A program made the position numbers and the translations under genes. Positions 50,601 to 63,200 of a stretch of 64,000 bases of DNA are shown in pieces. The stretch is from Chara braunii. Lineage: Eukaryota > Plantae > Charophyceae. Within the stretch, counting starts at the first letter, position 1; each line of letters begins with the position of its first letter. The notes under the pieces are model-generated. The model was not told the origin of the DNA. It saw only the letters and a list, made by a program, of their open reading frames with translations, and ran no database searches. The stretch covers positions 5,804,223-5,868,222 of the forward strand of contig BFEA01000014.1 of the NCBI GenBank assembly GCA_003427395.1, in the 5' to 3' direction.

Positions 50601-50931
50601 ACGGGCAGCCAGAACGCGGCAGAGTGCAGACAAGATAGTCTACACATCCAACACGGGGCAAAGAAGCACATGACCTACTCACATCACGATAGAACCCCAC
50701 AGACTGTTGGTTCCCACCACCCGCTGAGCCAGGGGGACACTCCGACGACCATCCGTCATCACCGACAGGCAACACAGACATCCTGAACCGAGTGGCCCCC
50801 CTAAGAGTGCAGTTAGCACTCCAAACGAGGAACCACAGACTGTTTGGCACTGCTAGAGGATGCTCGGCTAGAGACACAAAAAACACTTAGAAAAAATAGG
50901 AGAAAGAGGAAAAACAAGCATACCTAAAACT

Positions 50932-50967
<36 letters not shown>

Positions 50968-53900
50968 AAGGAAAACTGTTTGTGTGTGTGTGTNNNNNNN
51001 NNNNNNNNNNNNNNNNNNNNNNNNNNNNNNNNNNNNNNNNNNNNNNNNNNNNNNNNNNNNNNNNNNNNNNNNNNNNNNNNNNNNNNNNNNNNNNNNNNNN
51101 NNNNNNNNNNNNNNNNNNNNNNNNNNNNNNNNNNNNNNNNNNNNNNNNNNNNNNNNNNNNNNNNNNNNNNNNNNNTTATGTTTTTCTTTTTGCGAGGGAG
51201 GAGGGGAGCCCCCCCCGACTCGAAACCCGCTCCCCGCCCCCCAAACCCCCTCCCCGATCGGCCACAGCCTCGGCCGAACGTTCGTGGCCGGAGCGGCTAT
51301 GACCGGAGGGGTCCCGGCCACGGCCGGCGGTCGCGGCCATGCCCGAACTCGGCCGCGGCTGAGGGGTTACATATATCTGCGCTAAAGAGACTGAAGTGCG
51401 CGTTAATAGAGTATCCTGTCCTCAAGGTAGCAAATCCGTCCTTACCATTTGTCGTCACCACGACGCAAGTCAGTATGGTATAGGCGCCGTGTTGCAGCAA
51501 GACGACGGCAATGGTTATAGACCAGTAGAGTTCATGTCAGCGAGGATGCCCTCAGAGAAGGTAGCCACCTCAATGTACGAGAGAGAACTCTACGCTCTCA
51601 GGCAGGCCTTATAGCACTGGAAGCATTACCTACTTGGGAGGCACTTCAAAGTATACTCAGACCACGAAACTCTTAGATGGTTAAAGACCCAGGCCAAGAT
51701 GACACCTAAGTTGGCTAGGTGGGCCGCTGAGATAGACCAGTATGACTTTGAGCTCAAGCCAGTGAAGGGCAAGTACAAGTAGTTGCGGATGCTCTTAGTA
51801 GGAGATCAGACTACTTTGGAGCTATAGTTCACTATCTGGACATAGGAAGTGACCTGCAGGAGGAAGTTAGACAAGCATATGTCGCAGGACCCTATCTACA
51901 ACGACCTCCTCAAGAGAGTGAAGGAGGCCCCAGAGACTGAACCACACTACCGCACTACAGAAGGATTGTTGTTTGAGAATACTAATGTAGTAGACCGCCT
52001 GTGCATTCCCAACAGTGAGGAGATCCGTAGTCTGATCTTAGGGGAATGCCACGGCACAGAGGGACACTTTGGTTGGCAAAAGACTTTAGCCAATTTGATG
52101 CATGTGTATACCTGGCCAGGAATGAAAGCTGACTGCATAGAGTATGTTCGCAGTTGCAAAGTTTGCCAGAGGAATAAGACTACTACGCGTGCCCCTCTAG
52201 GCCTTCTCATACCCTTGCCTATTCCAGACCAGTCTGGGGATTCAGTCTCCATTGACTTCATCGATGTCGGTGTCAAGAGTAGACACGGCAAGAGCCAAGT
52301 CATGGTCATAGTTGATAGATTTAGTAAATATGCAGTTTTTGTTCCTTTGCCTGTAGAGGCGCGTACGGAGTTAGTCATTCAGAAGTTTTTTTATGATTGG
52401 ATTAGTGATCACGAAGTTCCGCTGTCTATAGTTAGTGATAGAGACACCAGATTCACGAGTCAGAACTGGCAGGAACTAGAGTCTATGGATCAAAGTTGCT
52501 GATGTCATCAGGCCGTCATCCATAGACTAACGGTCAAACAGAACAGATGAACAAGATCCTGCAGCAAGTTCTGCGCATGTATATTAGACCGGATCAAGTC
52601 AATTGGGACGAGACGTTGCCCAAGGTAGCCAGCGCATACAATAACAGCGTGCATTTGTCTACCTATCGCACTCCCAACGAGTTACACAAGGCCTTTAGAC
52701 CCCGCAGACCGTTTGAAGTACTTACCCGGGATCAGATTTACAGGCTACCGCCCGGTACCAGGGAGTTCGCGACACAGCACGAGAAAGAGCTAGCAACTGT
52801 TGTTGAAAACCTCAGGAAGGCCCAGCACCGGATGATAGAACAGGCTAATAAGCACCGTCGCCCATTGCAGTTTCAGGTAGGCGACCTAGTCTTGGTCAAG
52901 TCTAAAGAGTTTGCACCTGAGGAGAAAATCTCGCAGAAGTTACTGCCTGCATATAGAGGACCGTGGCCGTTTCTAGAAGTCAAGGGCGGAGAGGATGCAC
53001 GGTCCTACACTATAGAGATTTCAACACACCTCCACACCTACCTTGTGTTCTATGCTTCAAAGTTGTTGCCGTGTGTCACAGGTCAACAGTTCCCTTCAAA
53101 AAGATCCATGATCCCTCCGGATATGGATGGAAGATATGACATTGACGGCATTGTAGATGAAGATGTGTTTAGAACATGAGGTAGAGGTCGTCCACAGAAA
53201 CAGTACAAAGTCTGGTTTGCTTATCAGGAACCGGAAGACGACCGCTGGTTTACTAGAACATAACTTCTAGAAACAACTCCCGACATAGTTAGAGCCTATG
53301 AGCGTGATAAGAAAGGTAAAGGTCCCGCCTTGGACTAAGATATTTTCGGAGGACCTCGAATTTAGGACGGCGGGAGTGAAACGGTTTTCACCTTTTGTAG
53401 TAGCAGACGCAGATCCCAGGGCTTGATCCCTAATCCCCACCTTACTTGTGTACAGTACCGGTGTCGACCCGTAGAATTGAACCCACGACCTGTGTATTTG
53501 TAACAGTTTATAGGCTGTCGTAGGGTCCATAGGTAGCCAGGTTTCGATCTGTAGGTCTGTCGAATAGAAGTCTTAGTGAGTTCCAGAAGTCTTAGCTGTA
53601 GTCCTTCTAGCAGGTCCAGCAAGTGGGCAAGTGGGCAAGTGGTGGACCAACTGCAGTCCGTTCGCAGTACGATAGCGGTAGGATAGCAATGTGTCCCCAT
53701 GTAGTCAACGGTGCAGTCCAGTCAGTCCCAGTCCGGTCCAGCAAGTACCAAGTACCATGAGGGACTGTGTGCACCATGGGCCGATGGAAAGGGGCAGACC
53801 AACGAGCTTCAGAAGCATAAATCAAGAGGCAGCGTCCAGCCATTCATTCATTCCTGCGTGAGCCATGCGGAAGTGCTGCCACAGCGACTTGTGCAAGGAG

Positions 53901-54806
53901 GTCTGCAGTGAGCCCGGAGCCGAAGTGGGCGAGAGAGAAGGAGCGTAGCATAGCGATAGGGTAGTAGCGGCCATAGCCGCCATAGCTAGTGTTAGTGTGT
54001 AGTGTGTGTGTGTGTGTGTGAGTGCAGAGTAACGCGTGTGGGATATCCAGGGTAATCCATTGTATGCGAACAGAGATTTGTATGGGCGCTATATCGCCAT
54101 AGCCATTGGAAGTGAACTCATATCTAGGTTGCCGTATCTCTGAGTTTCGAGTGGGAACATGTCGCCAGTTTGTTGCTCTACTGTTTGCATGCATATAAAG
54201 TGTGAACGAAAGCAAGTCTGATTGCACCCATGTATTTAGAAAAGAATCGAGACAGCACCTGTGCCCTTGGCCTCCACTATGTCCCTCCTACTATGGCCAC
54301 CATGCCTACTACCACCCCCGGAGTCTTCCTTACAGGTGACCCCACTTGGGGCCTTCCAGAAGAGCTCCTCACATCACTCTCCTCCTTGTCTGTCTTCTTC
54401 TTCCTACTCATCCCCGGGATGCATGCTGACAAACACTCAGACAGGCACGCAGGTCAACAAGCACGCACACATACAGACTTAGAAAACCCGACAGAATGCG
54501 GGAATCTCAGCAAGGCATCCATTCCATCGGAAGAACTTCAGAAATCAGCAGTGTTCTCAGTCTGTGTTATGGCGGGTCATTACAGAACACTCTCTCCAGC
54601 TGGTGGGGATTCCGGTCTTGTCAATGCACTCTTCAGTTCTTAACTTCTTACTGAGTGTTGACTTTTGAATCCAGGCTGAACCTTGACTCTTTTGCTGACT
54701 GGGAAGTGTTCTCTGGCAGCTCTGAGGTTTTGTGACAAATCTGGGAACCCTTTTTTTTGTTAGTTTGTTTTTCGATTCGAGCTGGTGGGAATTCTGATGC
54801 TATCGT

Positions 54807-56210
54807 GATGGAGTTCTTTGCTCAGGAGCCTGAGCCGGTATGTAAGTAGGAGAGCACGGAGGATGACATCGAGTAGGATCGTTGTTGCTGGACGATTGAT
54901 GTGCACCCATATGAGCCTTGGCTTGCCTTTGTGACCGATGGATGGTCCATGGTCCTGCAGGTGTGGAACAATGAAGAGAACAGATCTGTTGCTTCTACTT
55001 CGGCACTGCCGTTCTCATGGAAAGCCACTAATCTGACTGCAAAGTTTGTTCTACGAGAAGGGTGGATTGCTGTATGGAATTATCGCAAGGGTGGCATGAT
55101 GATCTTCAAGATATGTAACTCGGGCTTGAAGCTGGTGGGTTTCAAAGAGCTCGGCGGTAGGCAGATCTTCGATTGCCATGTGGTGATCCGTCCGAGCCTG
55201 CCTTGTCTGTTGTATGCTTATGCTGGTGACATTAAACGCTACGATTGGGACCGGGATTGGGCATTGGTTTCCTTTTCTGCTGATACTTGCAATATTGGTC
55301 CCTTAGGGTTTCGTCCAATGAAGCCAAATATCTTTGCACGTGTTATAGGATAGAGAAAAGGTCTGTAATCCAAACGGTAAGCACCCGTGAGAGCATCCGC
55401 GGCATTGAATTTTTCATCAAGCATGAAAGCAAACGTCTTATCACAACCAACAGCTCCTGTGGAATACAAGTCTGGGAGTGCGAGAAAGGGTCCTTCATAT
55501 GCACTGTGTGAGGCAAGTATCCCGAGCATCCGAATGCCATCTCGACACAAAGTCTTGTTTTGCATCCCCGCTTTCCTTATTTCTTTGTTGTGTTTAGCGA
55601 TGGGATAATTGAGCTCTGGGACGACCGGCAGTAGAGGCTCGTGTACTCCTTTTCAACTGGCCTTCAAGCTACTTGTAGCATGGGGTTCGCTGTGGAAAGT
55701 CCAACAGGATCGCTGTTGGAGGTAAAGATGGAAGTCTACTGGTGTTGGGGGTGGTTCATCATGATTACATTGAGAGGAACAAGCAGAGGCGGCAATGTCG
55801 AAGCAGCAGAGCGGGGAGGTTCGACAATGAAGCATACCAGCACGTTACTCAGGGTGAGGGCCATGATGGGTCAGGATCGGCGACAATGGAAAGGAACGAA
55901 GAGCAGCAAGGGGAGGAAGTCAACACTGGGCAGCTTGGTCGTGATAAGGAAATCGAGCAAGAGCTGCGGAAGTTGAGGCTTGAAGTGGTGAAAACACATC
56001 AACATTACAAAGAGGGGTTCGGAACAGTGGAGAAAGTGGTGGTCCAGAGGCTGCAGCTGCTGGACTCTGAGAGGGAAGCACTGGTAATCTAAGTTTGAAC
56101 TTTGAGGAATGGAAGTCGAGGGTTGAGGAACTTGGGGAGAGGTTAGATGCTGATGCAAGGAACCTGTCCTTTCGTCACTTGCTGGAGCTGGAGTGTACCA
56201 GATAGCATGC
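54807..56210 (+). pseudogene. Intronless, divergent coatomer beta' (COPB2/Sec27)-like WD40 plus coiled-coil pseudogene
   Basis: IDVHPYEPWL, LQVWN, AKFVLREGWI, IKRYDWDRDW, IQVWECEK are colinear with the beta'-COP N-terminal propeller (VDLHPTEPW, AKFVARKNW, IKLWDWDKKW); stops and frameshifts; coiled-coil tail. Confidence 0.75.
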
Positions 56211-56211
56211 A

Positions 56212-57252
56212 TGTAACACAGATCACACGGATTGCAATGACTCGCACGAAGTTCAATGGAAGATAAATGGAAACCAGGAAGTGCAACTCAATTATAGTAA
56301 CCAGATCAAAGGAGGAGAATCATTATAGCGCCCAACAGAATTATAAGTCTTCTTCATCCAGCAAGAGTTCCAGTCCTAGCGCTCAACAGCGCCAGCAGCC
56401 TATCACCAGAATGGCGGTCCACAGGTAAGTCACACCATAGCTCTCTTCTCTCTCTTCCTTTCCTGATCTCTCTTCTCTCTCTATCTGACTATGGTCCTGG
56501 TCTACTCACACTCACTATGCATGCACACTCCCTATCGCACGAGGATCTACTCTTGAATACTACTCACTGGTCCTCTCTACTGACTATTCTTACTGCTAAT
56601 ACTAACTAGCACTGGTGCAGCTATGGCTGCCTTCCTTTCAGCCAGCGCCCAACTCTCTCTTCCTTCAGCGTAGCTCTCAAGCCTAGCGCTGCTCGATCAC
56701 ATCTGGCGCACAAGTGCCTTCAGCACTTCCACACTCTCATGCGAATGAGTATCTGCCGAATGGGGAGGCTGGCCAGTCCTTTATAGCGCTGGACTGGTCT
56801 GGCGAGGTCTGCTTTCGGCCTCCAAGTGCCTGGGACTCCTGCCTAGTACCTGTTGTTGCAAAGTGCGTGTCCCAGTACCCTTTCTCATGGTCTGCTGCTG
56901 CTTTGGCCGTCGGGCCTGTCTTTTGGACTCCTGGTCTGAGTCAGAATTGACTCGTGGGGCTGTGACTAGTCTAGGACTGTGACCTTTGACTTATTGCCGA
57001 ACAGACATGACCCTATCTCAGTCTTAAAATTTGAACCCAGTACCTGTTCGTCTAGGACCTGACTGTGACTATTCAAAACGACTGTTCATCCCACACTGGA
57101 TGCGACATTTGCCTCAGGGAAATTGTCTTTTGGAATGCTGCTCGTAGAGTTGATTTCTGGCCGAGAGGGCCCTTTTATGTTGGGGTCACATTTACGGGTC
57201 TGAATCGTAAAGGCCCTTTTACTGACCAGGCCTGGGCAGGTTCTTCCTGACG
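56212..57252. mobile_element. Possible solo LTR
   Basis: Starts TGTAAC; non-coding and LTR-like; separates the two WD40/coiled-coil fragments; no TSD verified. Confidence 0.35.
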
Positions 57253-57299
57253 AAATTGGTGTCGAACTGCAGAATGCTTCAGCTCTTCAATTGAGAAAA

Positions 57300-58100
57300 A
57301 GTGTCTCCTGTGGGGCTATAAAGTTATGGGATATAGAGAAAAACGGTTCTTTGGGTTGGCGATTCACAAAAATGATGACATCCTTTTCTTTTCTTTCTGC
57401 TCCTCTTCTTATCAGTGGGTACTGCTGTGGAGGCTTCAGCACCTGGTAGAGGAGCATGAAAGGGTTGAGGAACTGCTTGCCCAGGGGGTGCAGCCGCTGG
57501 AATCAAAGTGGGAAGAGCATTGGGGGGGTAGAGAAATTTGAAGACTTGAAGTTGATGGTTAGATGATGAAATGGAAGTCATGGGACTGTCAGACTACGTA
57601 ATAAGAACATCCAGAAGTGGAGCCCTCAAGGGGTAATAGATTAATAATGCTTTTCCGCAACTGAAAGAGTAGCATGGGAAAGTGGAGAGAGTGCTTGCCC
57701 AGAGTCTACCAGCCGGGCCGCCCGGGTCCCGGGTGGCCAGCCCGTGCAAGGACCAGGGAAGGTACCAGCAAAAAATCTATGTTATGCAGAAAAACAAACT
57801 AAACAACTTTTGCCTCAGGGTCACATCGAAATTCTTCACCAAATTTGGAATAAAAAATAAAAATAAAAAAAAAATATTTTTATTTTTATTTTTTTTAATT
57901 TTTTTTGGCCCGGCCGGGCAAGTGACCCCGGGCCACTCTGGTAGCCTAGGAGAAAGGCACTTTTTTTTCTTTTTTTAAGTTTTCTGTCTTTTTTTTTTAT
58001 AGAGAAGTTTGAAGAATTGAAGTTGAGGGTTGAGGAACTGCAGCAGGGCTGCAGGGGTGAAATGATGAGATCGACGGGCAGTGTATATAGTGAGAGCATG
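57300..58100 (+). pseudogene. Second WD40/coiled-coil fragment interrupted by a small MITE (~57700-57949)
   Basis: GAIKLWDIEK; EKFEELKLRVEELQQ resembles ~56100; MITE shares its backbone with 44565-44640 but has CCCGGG motifs. Confidence 0.45.
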
Positions 58101-58954
58101 CTCGATACGAAGTGCCTGACACTCCATAGCTTGGTTTGGGCAGTGCCCAAGAAGAGGGAAGCGAAGAGAGGGAGTAGAAGAAGGAGATAGGTAGAAAGAC
58201 TCGTAGTTGAGGAGAACACTCGATGGATCCCTCTTGCTGATAATATTGCTGTGAGCCAATTGCATGTAACTGAAGCTGTTTGACTTGCTCAAAATTTGCT
58301 TCTAGGACAATTCGGGCATGCTCCCTACTGTACAATGCAGTTGATGCAAACCAGCGCTCACTCAGATCATGTATTCCAGATAGACATTGCTCATTCTGTA
58401 GAGAATATTGTTTGCATATTTCTGCCAGTGGGCGATTCACATAGCGGTTTCTGCGAGCTGCGATTCACAGAAATGATGACGTCCTGATCGTTTTGGCTCC
58501 TCTTCCAATGAGTGCACACTGTTGGGAAGGCTTCTCCTTCCTTCTGAGGATCAGCATTGAAATTGATTCCTTTTATACAACTCGCAGGTCGACTAAATGC
58601 CACTTCTCATGGTCGGTTTTGCTTTTTTTGGGGAGTTATTCTTTGTTTTGAGAGGGATTCAGGAACGTAAGGGGAGGGTTTCAAATCGGTAGTATGGGTG
58701 CAACTGACAGTCGATCCTTCAGAATGGAAATAATCAATGATGTTGATTGGTGCCTCAGCCCTAGTGGGGGCATGTGTTTGAGACTTTGAGTGTGTCACAC
58801 TGTATTCTCTGACTTGCCGGTGGAATAGGAACCAGTCAAACTACCTTGTAGAATGGAACTGACTCAACTGAGCAAGAATCGACTTAATAAAATATATATA
58901 TATATATCGTTGTCAATGGCAGGGAGGGGCGAAGGAAGGGGGCTGTTTTTTTTT

Positions 58955-59016
<62 letters not shown>

Positions 59017-59029
59017 NNNNNNNNNNNNN

Positions 59030-59088
<59 letters not shown>

Positions 59089-59603
59089 CCTGTAGAACTC
59101 CAGCCCCTACCCTTCCTTCCTCCCTCCTCTTTTGTACTACTACTGAACGCATACGAGTGAGCATCACTACGAAAACAGGCAAAATATAAGCTGAAGATCT
59201 GAGGAAAAATGAACAGGAGATACCTCCCTCTGTGACTCCTTTCGTAGAATGTGAGTGGGCCGTTAGGGCACATGGGGGTCTGGGCAGCTTGCGCTCAACC
59301 ACAATCAACGTGGCAAGCCTTTTATGAGGCACAGTAAAAGGGGAGCAGCAAGAAGAAATAAAAGGGATACCCCAAAGAAAGTCAAAGTAAAGAAACGGAA
59401 GAAAGGACTGTACAAGGAAAAGACAATACAATGTTCTTATTGTGCTGCATGTTGTTTGCTGTAGAGGTAAAGCTGTTTGAAATTTGGCTCTGTCATCTTT
59501 CTGTGCTTCATGTTGTTTGCTATAGAGGTGAAGCTGTTCCAATTTTAGATCTGCTCATCTGGGTGGAAAAGGGGTTGTTGTGGTGACAATGTACGACACA
59601 CAC

Positions 59604-59792
59604 TTGATGAGTTGGTGAAAGTCCGACGAAACAGTCTGACACACTCATCCTTTTGTTTGTGAAGTTGTGTGTAGCGAACATGACAACACACACACTCCAG
59701 ATAGGTCAACGAAAGTTCGACAAAACACTCTGGCACAGTCATGCTTTTTCTGTGGAATTGTCACTTGTGTATAGCGAACATGACAACACACA
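59604..59792 (+). repeat. Two tandem degenerate hammerhead-bearing PLE terminal units, each ending in (CA)n
   Basis: TTGATGA-GTTGG-tgaaagt-CCGAC-GAAAC...agcgaacatgacaa(CA)n, plus a second more decayed copy. Confidence 0.7.
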
Positions 59793-62700
59793 CGAGGCAA
59801 GAATCCAAGTGCGGCCGTACGGCTCACTTCGCATAGGTGTATTTGATAAGGTTGAGGCTGGGACATTCCCTGTCATACATTATCCCAGTGCTTCCTCCAA
59901 TACCCCAGCTCATCAGCCTGCAGGTGTGCTAACGGGACAATTAACGAGGTTCGAACATATTTGTAACAATACTACCGACTTCAAAGCGACAGTGACTTCT
60001 TTGACATGACGTATGCTTGTTAGGGGGCATCCTCCTAGTGTCCTGGGCAAAGGCTGGACGACATATGTGCATGGCCTGCAGCGCCGGCTACCCACTCATG
60101 TCACTCGATATGTGCATGGCCTGCAGCGCCGGCTACCCACTCATGTCACTCGACTCTTAAATTGGTTTCGTTGCATGGTGCGCTGGGCCATTGCTCACCC
60201 ACTGCTGAATGCACACTCCACATACAGACCCTCCTCCCGATCACATGCAACAGGCCATCACCCAATCCCAAACACCAATTATGGCTGCAGGCGACATCAG
60301 CCCTCCACACAGCACGCGGTACAGCAGGTCTACCCCCTCCTGTTATTCCTGTTGAACTGGCAAACGCCAACGTGGATACGCCAGCCCAGCCGGAGAACGG
60401 GCATACCGAAAGGGTGCCTCCTTCCTCACTGCCGCTGCCACCACCACCACCATCACGACCTCCTCCTCGTCCACCACCACCATCACCACTACCACCTCCT
60501 CCCCCACCGCCACTACAATAGGTGTCCCCACCACCATCGCCACCGGCATCCCCACCACCATCATCATCATCCCCATCACCATCGCCAGCACCTTCCCCGC
60601 CGACATCTTCTACAGTATCCCCCCAGTCATCTAACCCCTCCTCTACTGCTTCTTCTTCCTCCCCTTCTTCTACTTCTTCTGCTTCTTCTTCTTCTTCCTC
60701 TTTTTTCTCTTCTTCCTCTTCCCTACCCTCTTTGTCATCCCCCCCCTACTCCTCTACCTTGCCTGATTCATCATCTTCATCATCGACACATTCCTGGTCA
60801 GATCAGCCGTTGCGGCGACCCCTTTGCCCAAGGCATCCACAGTCAAGTCGGCCATCCCAAACACCTCATCGGCGGAGGCACTCCCTGTCTTCACCACCAT
60901 CTCCAAGACAGCGACCTCGTTTGTCCATGTACAGCATGATCACCGCGCCCCCTGCAAGGGTTCGAGATCTGCTCCGACACTATGCCCGCAACTGTACAGA
61001 ACGGCGACGTCGAGCTCAATACACACTAGCCTGGAATAGTACAAATCGAGTCCGATGCCAAAAATTTGGCGACAATTTCTTCAATATTACGAGCCTGCGG
61101 GTGCATCAGACACAGGGTGCGGCCGCCTGTGCAGCTTTTGGGCGACTGCCAGCCACCTTAAGTACAAGTGCGGCTGATCAGCCGCCATTACCTGCATCTG
61201 ACCCACCCATTTCTCCCCCACCTGGCCTCGCATGCTTCCCGGCCCCAATGGTCAATGACTTGCCTTCTGATCATTTGATGGAGCCTTTGACTGAAGATGA
61301 CCTTTGTCCTGTGCGTGTGCTATATCCAATGCAGTTGACACGAATGGAGGAACCTGACAGAAACGATCAAGACCACAATGAATCTCCGCCTGCTGTGCAA
61401 TCCACATAATTGATTGAACTGCCCCCTGCCGCACAACACGCAGAATCAGATGATCTCATAGTGCGACAGCGAGGCCACTGTGCGTACTATGCTATCAATG
61501 GAAGTCTCCTCGCGTACAATTGTAACCCATACACCGTTTCTGATTTCGCGAATATTGTCTGCTGGATAGAAGAAGAGCACAGTGCTGTCTGCCCAGAGGA
61601 TGACAGTATGGGTCTTGGACAGCGTTCGGGCATACACATAGCTTGTGAACTACATATCGCCTAGTACGGGCTATATCCAGAAGTTTCCACACATGATGCT
61701 GATGTACATTTCGAAACATAGATTCACAGAGCATACACAGCCTTCGGGTATACGTATAGCTTGCAAACTACACATCGCCTACGGGCTACATACACAAGTT
61801 TCCCGGTGCGTACATACATACAACTATAATATCAGGCTGGGGGGGTCTAATCACTGGGTGGGGTCTAGTATCTGCAGTAGGTTCAGGTAGGGGTTCCTAC
61901 TAACATTCGGATAGAACTGTCTGGTGGCATATATAAGGCTTAGACACTAGGGTAAGGGTAGGGATATAAATCGCTCAGGCCAGTCCGAGTTCCACCTGAC
62001 CTTGGGTAAGCTAGGGGAAGGACGGGAAGACTGCTTCAGTGGGTGCTAACCTGTCTGAACCTAGGGTCCATAGTCTCTTGGGGCCTGTAGTAGATTGTCT
62101 GCCAGTGGGCCTGTCGTCGGAAGTTCCTGTTCGACAAGGCTGGCCCGATTCTGCTTCCAACAAAGCTGGGCAACCTATCAGCCCTGGTGCCTATCATTGC
62201 TGTTCGGTCCAAGTTGCCTGCCCATTGGTAGGGCAATGGTCCTGAGTGCGGGTCACACTGAGGTAGGATAGTGGGATAGGGAGTGCGCTAGGAGTAATGA
62301 CGTGAGGATGGGATGGGAGGTGGTCTCGTATTCCAGGACACCCGTGGCTCACAGCTCTAGGTGATCACTGTGCACTCAGTGACTGGCCTCTACAACAACT
62401 TGGACTTGGGTAGAAGACTATAACTGCAGCCTGCTCCCAAGAACCACATGCCAGACATGGACTCAAATATTTGCGCGTACATCCCTCGTTGTCCAGGTCA
62501 TTTCAGCTATGTGACCTTTGCAGATAATTCATGGGCCTTATAGGACAATGGCGCTAGGGTGCACATCGTAAGTAGTATTAACTCTTTCGATAACCAAATA
62601 GCAAATACTCACTCAATTTGGATTGCCGCCAGGAACAGTATGTTACTTCGCACCGACAAGCGCTTCCGTCTCTGAAGAGCAAAAAAATCCGGATGCACAA

Positions 62701-63200
62701 TCACCTTCTTCCCCTGCACATCGCCAAGCAGTGTCCCCTCCCTGTGTAGATCAGACAGATTCTGCTCCAAACAATGAAGGAACCCCCTTAGAAGATGTTG
62801 ATTGTGCCCTTCCATTTTGTGGCCACACAACCACAGTTTGGTTAGCATGCACAGTGCATAGTGTCTGCCCCGAACACTATGAAGGGATGGTCACTGCCAG
62901 CCTCTGTCGCGAAAACTGCGACTCTTTGTCTTGTCTTCATCCCCCCCACCCCCTAATCACTTGTCAAATATGCCGTCGTGGCCTTAATCTGCCATGCTTA
63001 AATAGTTGTGAACGTTAGTCTGCCTTCCTGCTGATATGTCAGCAACATGCCATGTGTCATTAATGTTTCCAAGAAGTTGTCATAGAAAGCCTGTGTCTCT
63101 ACTGCATGGACTATCCACAATGCCATCCTTCGCCACATCCTCTCTTAGTATGTCACATGCAGAGTTGGGCACACACTTGCTGCAAACGTCATTGGATTTC
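59793..63200 (+). mobile_element. PLE 3' part: RT thumb, P/S linker, zinc finger, Josephin-like domain (split by an insertion), Cys/His-rich region
   Basis: GSLRIGVFDK, YPSASSNTPAHQP, GQLTRFEHIC, WFRCMVRW; 45-bp in-frame duplication at ~60063-60152; CQK(F)-x12-H; QRGHCAYYAIN (61460-61500); PGHFSYV...WAL*DN (62490-62550). Confidence 0.85.

Larger units (their letters stand above)
48942..51374. mobile_element. Non-autonomous hAT-like insertion with 8-bp TSD ATCTGCGC, carrying nested cargo
   Basis: ATCTGCGC at 48934-41 and 51375-82; excision restores DCTSA|LKRLK; CACGGCC subterminal motifs at both ends; weak TIR (xTATGT). Confidence 0.85.
48220..54200 (+). mobile_element. 5'-truncated chromovirus-like Ty3/gypsy element (RT-RH-INT-chromodomain-PPT-LTR)
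   Basis: [54 protein letters not shown]...CKVCQ, IVSDRD; chromodomain YDIDGIVD...QYKVWF...EDDRW (53130-53330); PPT aggacggcgggag; LTR from 53377, right end approximate. Confidence 0.9.

Noticed and set aside
60013-60939. His-rich 308-aa protein
   Set aside because: Frameshifted reading of the Pro/Ser-rich PLE linker.
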